Shown here piece after piece: positions 61,236 to 64,000 of a DNA stretch of 64,000 bases (positions within the stretch are counted from its first letter, which is position 1; every line of letters begins with the position of its first letter). The notes under the pieces are model-generated. The model worked only from the letters and a program-made list of their open reading frames with translations, was not told where the DNA came from and searched no databases. Origin of the DNA: Candidatus Eiseniibacteriota bacterium (GTDB lineage Bacteria; Eisenbacteria; RBG-16-71-46); assembly GCA_963707915.1 (NCBI GenBank), contig OY970178.1, positions 3,200,001 through 3,264,000 on the forward strand. The letters are read 5' to 3'. The translations under genes and the position numbers were made by a program.

Positions 61236-62564
61236 GTGTTCGAAGCACTCGCCGACCGACTCCAGGGCATCGTCCGGAACCTGACCGGGCAGGCTCGCAT
61301 CACGCCCGAGAACATCCGGGAGAGCCTGCGGGAGGTCCGCCGCGCACTGATCGAGGCCGACGTGCAGGTCGGGGTGGCGCGCGACTTCGTCGCCCGGGTC
61401 GAGTCGCGCGCGGTTGGCGAGGAGGTGCTCAAGAGCCTCTCGGCGGGACAGCAGGTCGTCGGCATCGTCAGGGAGGAGCTCGAACGCCTGCTGGGGCGCA
61501 CGCCGGTGACGCTGGCCGGATCGCCGCACGTCCCGACCGTGGTGCTGCTCGCCGGCCTGCAGGGCTCGGGCAAGACCACCTTCGCGGGCAAGCTGGCGGT
61601 GTGGCTCAAGGCACGTTCCAAGCGCGTGCTGCTGGCGAGCGCGGACGTCTACCGCCCCGCGGCGGTGGACCAGCTCGAGCGGGTGGCGGAGCAGGCGGGG
61701 GCGGGGTTCTGGCGGGCGCCGGACGGCACGGCGCCGGTCGAGATCGCGCGCGCGGCGCTGGAACAGGCGCGCACGCGCGGCTTCGACTTCCTGGTGTTCG
61801 ACACCGCGGGACGGCTGCAGATCGACGAGCCGATGATGGTCGAGCTGGAGGCGATCAAGCAGGCGGTACGGGCGCACCAGGTGCTGCTGGTGGTGGACGG
61901 GATGACCGGGCAGGAGGCGGTCCGCATCGGGGAGACCTTCACCCGGCGCGTGGGCGTGGACGGCCTGGTGCTGAGCAAGATGGACGGCGACGCGCGCGGC
62001 GGCGCCGCGCTCTCGCTGCGGCAGGTGACCGGCAAGCCCATCCTGTTCCTGGGGGTGGGCGAGAAGCTCGACGGGCTCGAGACCTTCGACCCGGCGCGGC
62101 TCGCCGGCCGCATCCTGGGGATGGGCGACATCGTCGGGCTGGTGGAGAAGGCGCGCGCGGCGGTGAACGAGCAGGAAGCGGCGCAGCTGGCCGAGAAGAT
62201 GCGCCGCTCGGACTTCACGCTGGAGGACTTCCTCGAGCAGCTCCTGCAGGTGAAGAAGATGGGGCCGATCGAGGACCTGATGAAGATGCTGCCCGGGATG
62301 CCGAAGGCGGCGCTGGAGCAGGCCCGGCCCGATCACGGCCGGCTCAAGCGCCACGAGGCCATCCTGCTCAGCATGACCCGGAAGGAGCGGCGGTCGCCGC
62401 GGTTGATCGACGGCAGCCGGCGGCGGCGCATCGCCGCGGGCAGCGGCACGGCGGTGAGCGACGTGAATCAGTTGTTGCGGGACTTCGAGCAGGCGCGCAC
62501 CATGATGAAGCGCCTGAAGCAGGGGCCGCGCGGTCTGGCGGGGCTCAGACGCGGCCGCGGCTAG
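61236..62564 (+). CDS. ffh: Signal recognition particle protein Ffh
   Basis: LIEADV, GLQGSGKTT, DVYRPAA..QL, DTAGRL, KMDGDARGGAALS, RILGMGD, SM T..ER, SRR.RIA.GSG. Confidence 0.98.
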   Translation: MFEALADRLQGIVRNLTGQARITPENIRESLREVRRALIEADVQVGVARDFVARVESRAVGEEVLKSLSAGQQVVGIVREELERLLGRTPVTLAGSPHVPTVVLLAGLQGSGKTTFAGKLAVWLKARSKRVLLASADVYRPAAVDQLERVAEQAGAGFWRAPDGTAPVEIARAALEQARTRGFDFLVFDTAGRLQIDEPMMVELEAIKQAVRAHQVLLVVDGMTGQEAVRIGETFTRRVGVDGLVLSKMDGDARGGAALSLRQVTGKPILFLGVGEKLDGLETFDPARLAGRILGMGDIVGLVEKARAAVNEQEAAQLAEKMRRSDFTLEDFLEQLLQVKKMGPIEDLMKMLPGMPKAALEQARPDHGRLKRHEAILLSMTRKERRSPRLIDGSRRRRIAAGSGTAVSDVNQLLRDFEQARTMMKRLKQGPRGLAGLRRGRG

Positions 62565-62601
62565 CACGCGGCGCACATCCAGTGAAAGAGGAGGATTCCC
62601 G

Positions 62602-63030
62602 ATGGCGGTGGTGATTCGTCTCATGCGGGCCGGCGCGAAGAAGCGGCCCTTCTACCGGTTGGTGGCGGCGGACTCGCGGCGTCAGCGCGACGGGCGGTTC
62701 CTGGAGATCCTGGGGCACTACAATCCCATCACCCAGCCCTTCGAGCTGGTCGTGCAGAAGGACCGGGTGCAGTCCTGGCTGGACCAGGGCGCCCAGCCCA
62801 GCCAGCAGGTCGCCTCGCTGCTGCGCGCGACCGGGATGAAGCTCGGCAAGGCCTCGAAGCCCACGAAGAAGGCCGCGCCCGCCGGCACCGCCGCCAAGCC
62901 GCGCACGCGTCGCAAGCCGCGCCCGGTCTCAGAGCGCAAGACCAAGGTGAAGGCGGCGAAGGAGTCCGCGAAGAAGTCCGGCAAGGTCGTGCCGAAGAAG
63001 GGCGCGAAGCGCAAGGCGGCCGAGAAGTAG
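62602..63030 (+). CDS. rpsP: 30S ribosomal protein S16 with a Lys/Ala-rich C-terminal extension
   Basis: VVIRL.R.GAKKRPFYRLVAADSR..RDGRFLE.LG.YNP, WL..GAQPS; SD gaggagg. Confidence 0.97.
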   Translation: MAVVIRLMRAGAKKRPFYRLVAADSRRQRDGRFLEILGHYNPITQPFELVVQKDRVQSWLDQGAQPSQQVASLLRATGMKLGKASKPTKKAAPAGTAAKPRTRRKPRPVSERKTKVKAAKESAKKSGKVVPKKGAKRKAAEK

Positions 63031-63124
63031 GGCCGCCGCAGCGCATGGCCCCGCGCCCGATGCACCGCCTCCGCGCCCGCCGCGGAGCGCTCCGGGCCGC
63101 GGGGCGTGGGCCGTGGAGCCGCCG

Positions 63125-63493
63125 ATGAGAACCCTGCGGAGTCGTGCGCCGGCGTCGTTGCTGCTGGCCGTGCTGTGCGCGGCCGGGTGCGGGCGGCGCG
63201 ATGCCGTGCCCGACCCGGCTTCGCCGGGTGCCCGGGCCGCACTGCAGGCGCGCTCGCAGGCATTGATCGAGGCGGGGAATGCCTTCTACCGCGCCGGCGA
63301 TCCCGCCACCGCGGCCAAGCGATACGCCGCCGCGGGGGTGGTGAAGCCCGACGACCCGGCGGCCTACTTCGGCCTGGGCATGGCGCTCGCGAAGCTGGGC
63401 CGCGACGAGGAGGCGCGCCAGGCCTACGCCCGGGCGCGCGAGCTCGCGCAGCAGGCGCGCGGCGCGGCCTCCGGAGCCGACACGGCGCGCTGA
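63125..63493 (+). CDS. Small TPR lipoprotein
   Basis: Lipobox AAGC; GNAFYRAGD...A...Y; P....AYFGLG.AL..LGR.EEA..AY.RA.EL. Confidence 0.8.
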   Translation: MRTLRSRAPASLLLAVLCAAGCGRRDAVPDPASPGARAALQARSQALIEAGNAFYRAGDPATAAKRYAAAGVVKPDDPAAYFGLGMALAKLGRDEEARQAYARARELAQQARGAASGADTAR

Positions 63494-63563
63494 CACCCCG
63501 GGTGGCGGCGCGCCGGACCCCGGGGACCCGCTCGTCCTCCCGCGGACCACCAGCGAGGCACGC

Positions 63564-64000
63564 ATGGAACTCGAGAACCTCACGGAGTCGCTCCGCCAGT
63601 CGCTCGCCGGGAATCCCTGGCACGGTCCCTCGATCGCCGCGCTCCTGGCGGACGTGACGCCGGCGGACGCGGCGGCCCACCCGGTCCCCGGGGCCCACTC
63701 CATCCTCGAGCTCGTCCTGCACCTGGCCGCCTGGACCCGCGAGGTCGGCTCGAGACTGCGGGGCACGCCGCCCGCGCTCCCGGCGATGGGGGACTGGCCG
63801 CCCTGCGAGGGCGAGGCGGGGCCGGCGTGGGCCGCGGCGCGGCGGACGCTCGAGGAGGCCCACGCGGACCTGCTCGAACTCGCCGGCCGGCTGTCCGCGG
63901 AGCAGCTCTCCCGGCGCATCGGGGACGCGCGCGATCCCGCGCTGGGCACCGGCATGACCGTCGCGGCGATGCTGGCCGGCATCGCCCAGCACGACGCCTA
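63564..64000 (+). CDS. DinB family protein (3' end outside the window)
   Basis: Not in the ORF track. Translates as MELENLTESLRQSLAGNPWHGPS...HSILELVLHLAAW...DWP...GIAQHDA. Confidence 0.88.
   Translation, partial: MELENLTESLRQSLAGNPWHGPSIAALLADVTPADAAAHPVPGAHSILELVLHLAAWTREVGSRLRGTPPALPAMGDWPPCEGEAGPAWAAARRTLEEAHADLLELAGRLSAEQLSRRIGDARDPALGTGMTVAAMLAGIAQHDA

Overview
Very GC-rich bacterial chromosome segment with no phage, IS, CRISPR, rRNA or tRNA visible. Gene content and protein style suggest an FCB-group lineage such as Ca. Eisenbacteria (inference only). Layout: (1) 1-8.8 kb: pyrR, an EamA transporter, a TPR lipoprotein, an ECF sigma/zinc-finger anti-sigma pair, and a PAS kinase + sigma-54 activator + pseudo-receiver module. 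(2) ~9-37 kb: a large surface-glycan locus with Gmd/Rmd-like enzymes, Ugd, RmlC/RmlB, Wzz-like and SLBB export proteins, Wzx, two O-antigen ligase/Wzy-like proteins, WcaJ- and WecA-type initiating transferases, five GT4s, a methyltransferase-GT2 fusion and two further methyltransferases. (3) 37-42 kb: khpA-rimM-trmD-(lipoprotein)-rplS-rnhB-yraN-glycolipid synthase. (4) 42-52 kb: beta-barrel, thioesterase, two unknowns + FIST, thiolase/hbd, DUF362, ABC exporter, acpS. (5) 52-64 kb: tgt-yajC-def-fmt-rsmB-PASTA-rpe, bPH_2, a lower-GC GT-C-like gene, ffh-rpsP, TPR lipoprotein, DinB (partial). About nine genes carry single-base frameshifts, most probably long-read assembly errors. Best leads: a candidate Bacteroidota-like D-[ST]-[AILVMT] protein O-glycosylation system; a 187-nt dual-coding overlap joining wecA to an N-terminally extended khpA, with the ffh-rpsP-khpA operon split; a self-contained sigma-54 circuit (UAS plus -24/-12 promoter) driving a phospho-dead receiver; a C-terminal 'TTWGSILALYF' putative sorting motif; and leaderless transcripts including a coupled uORF.
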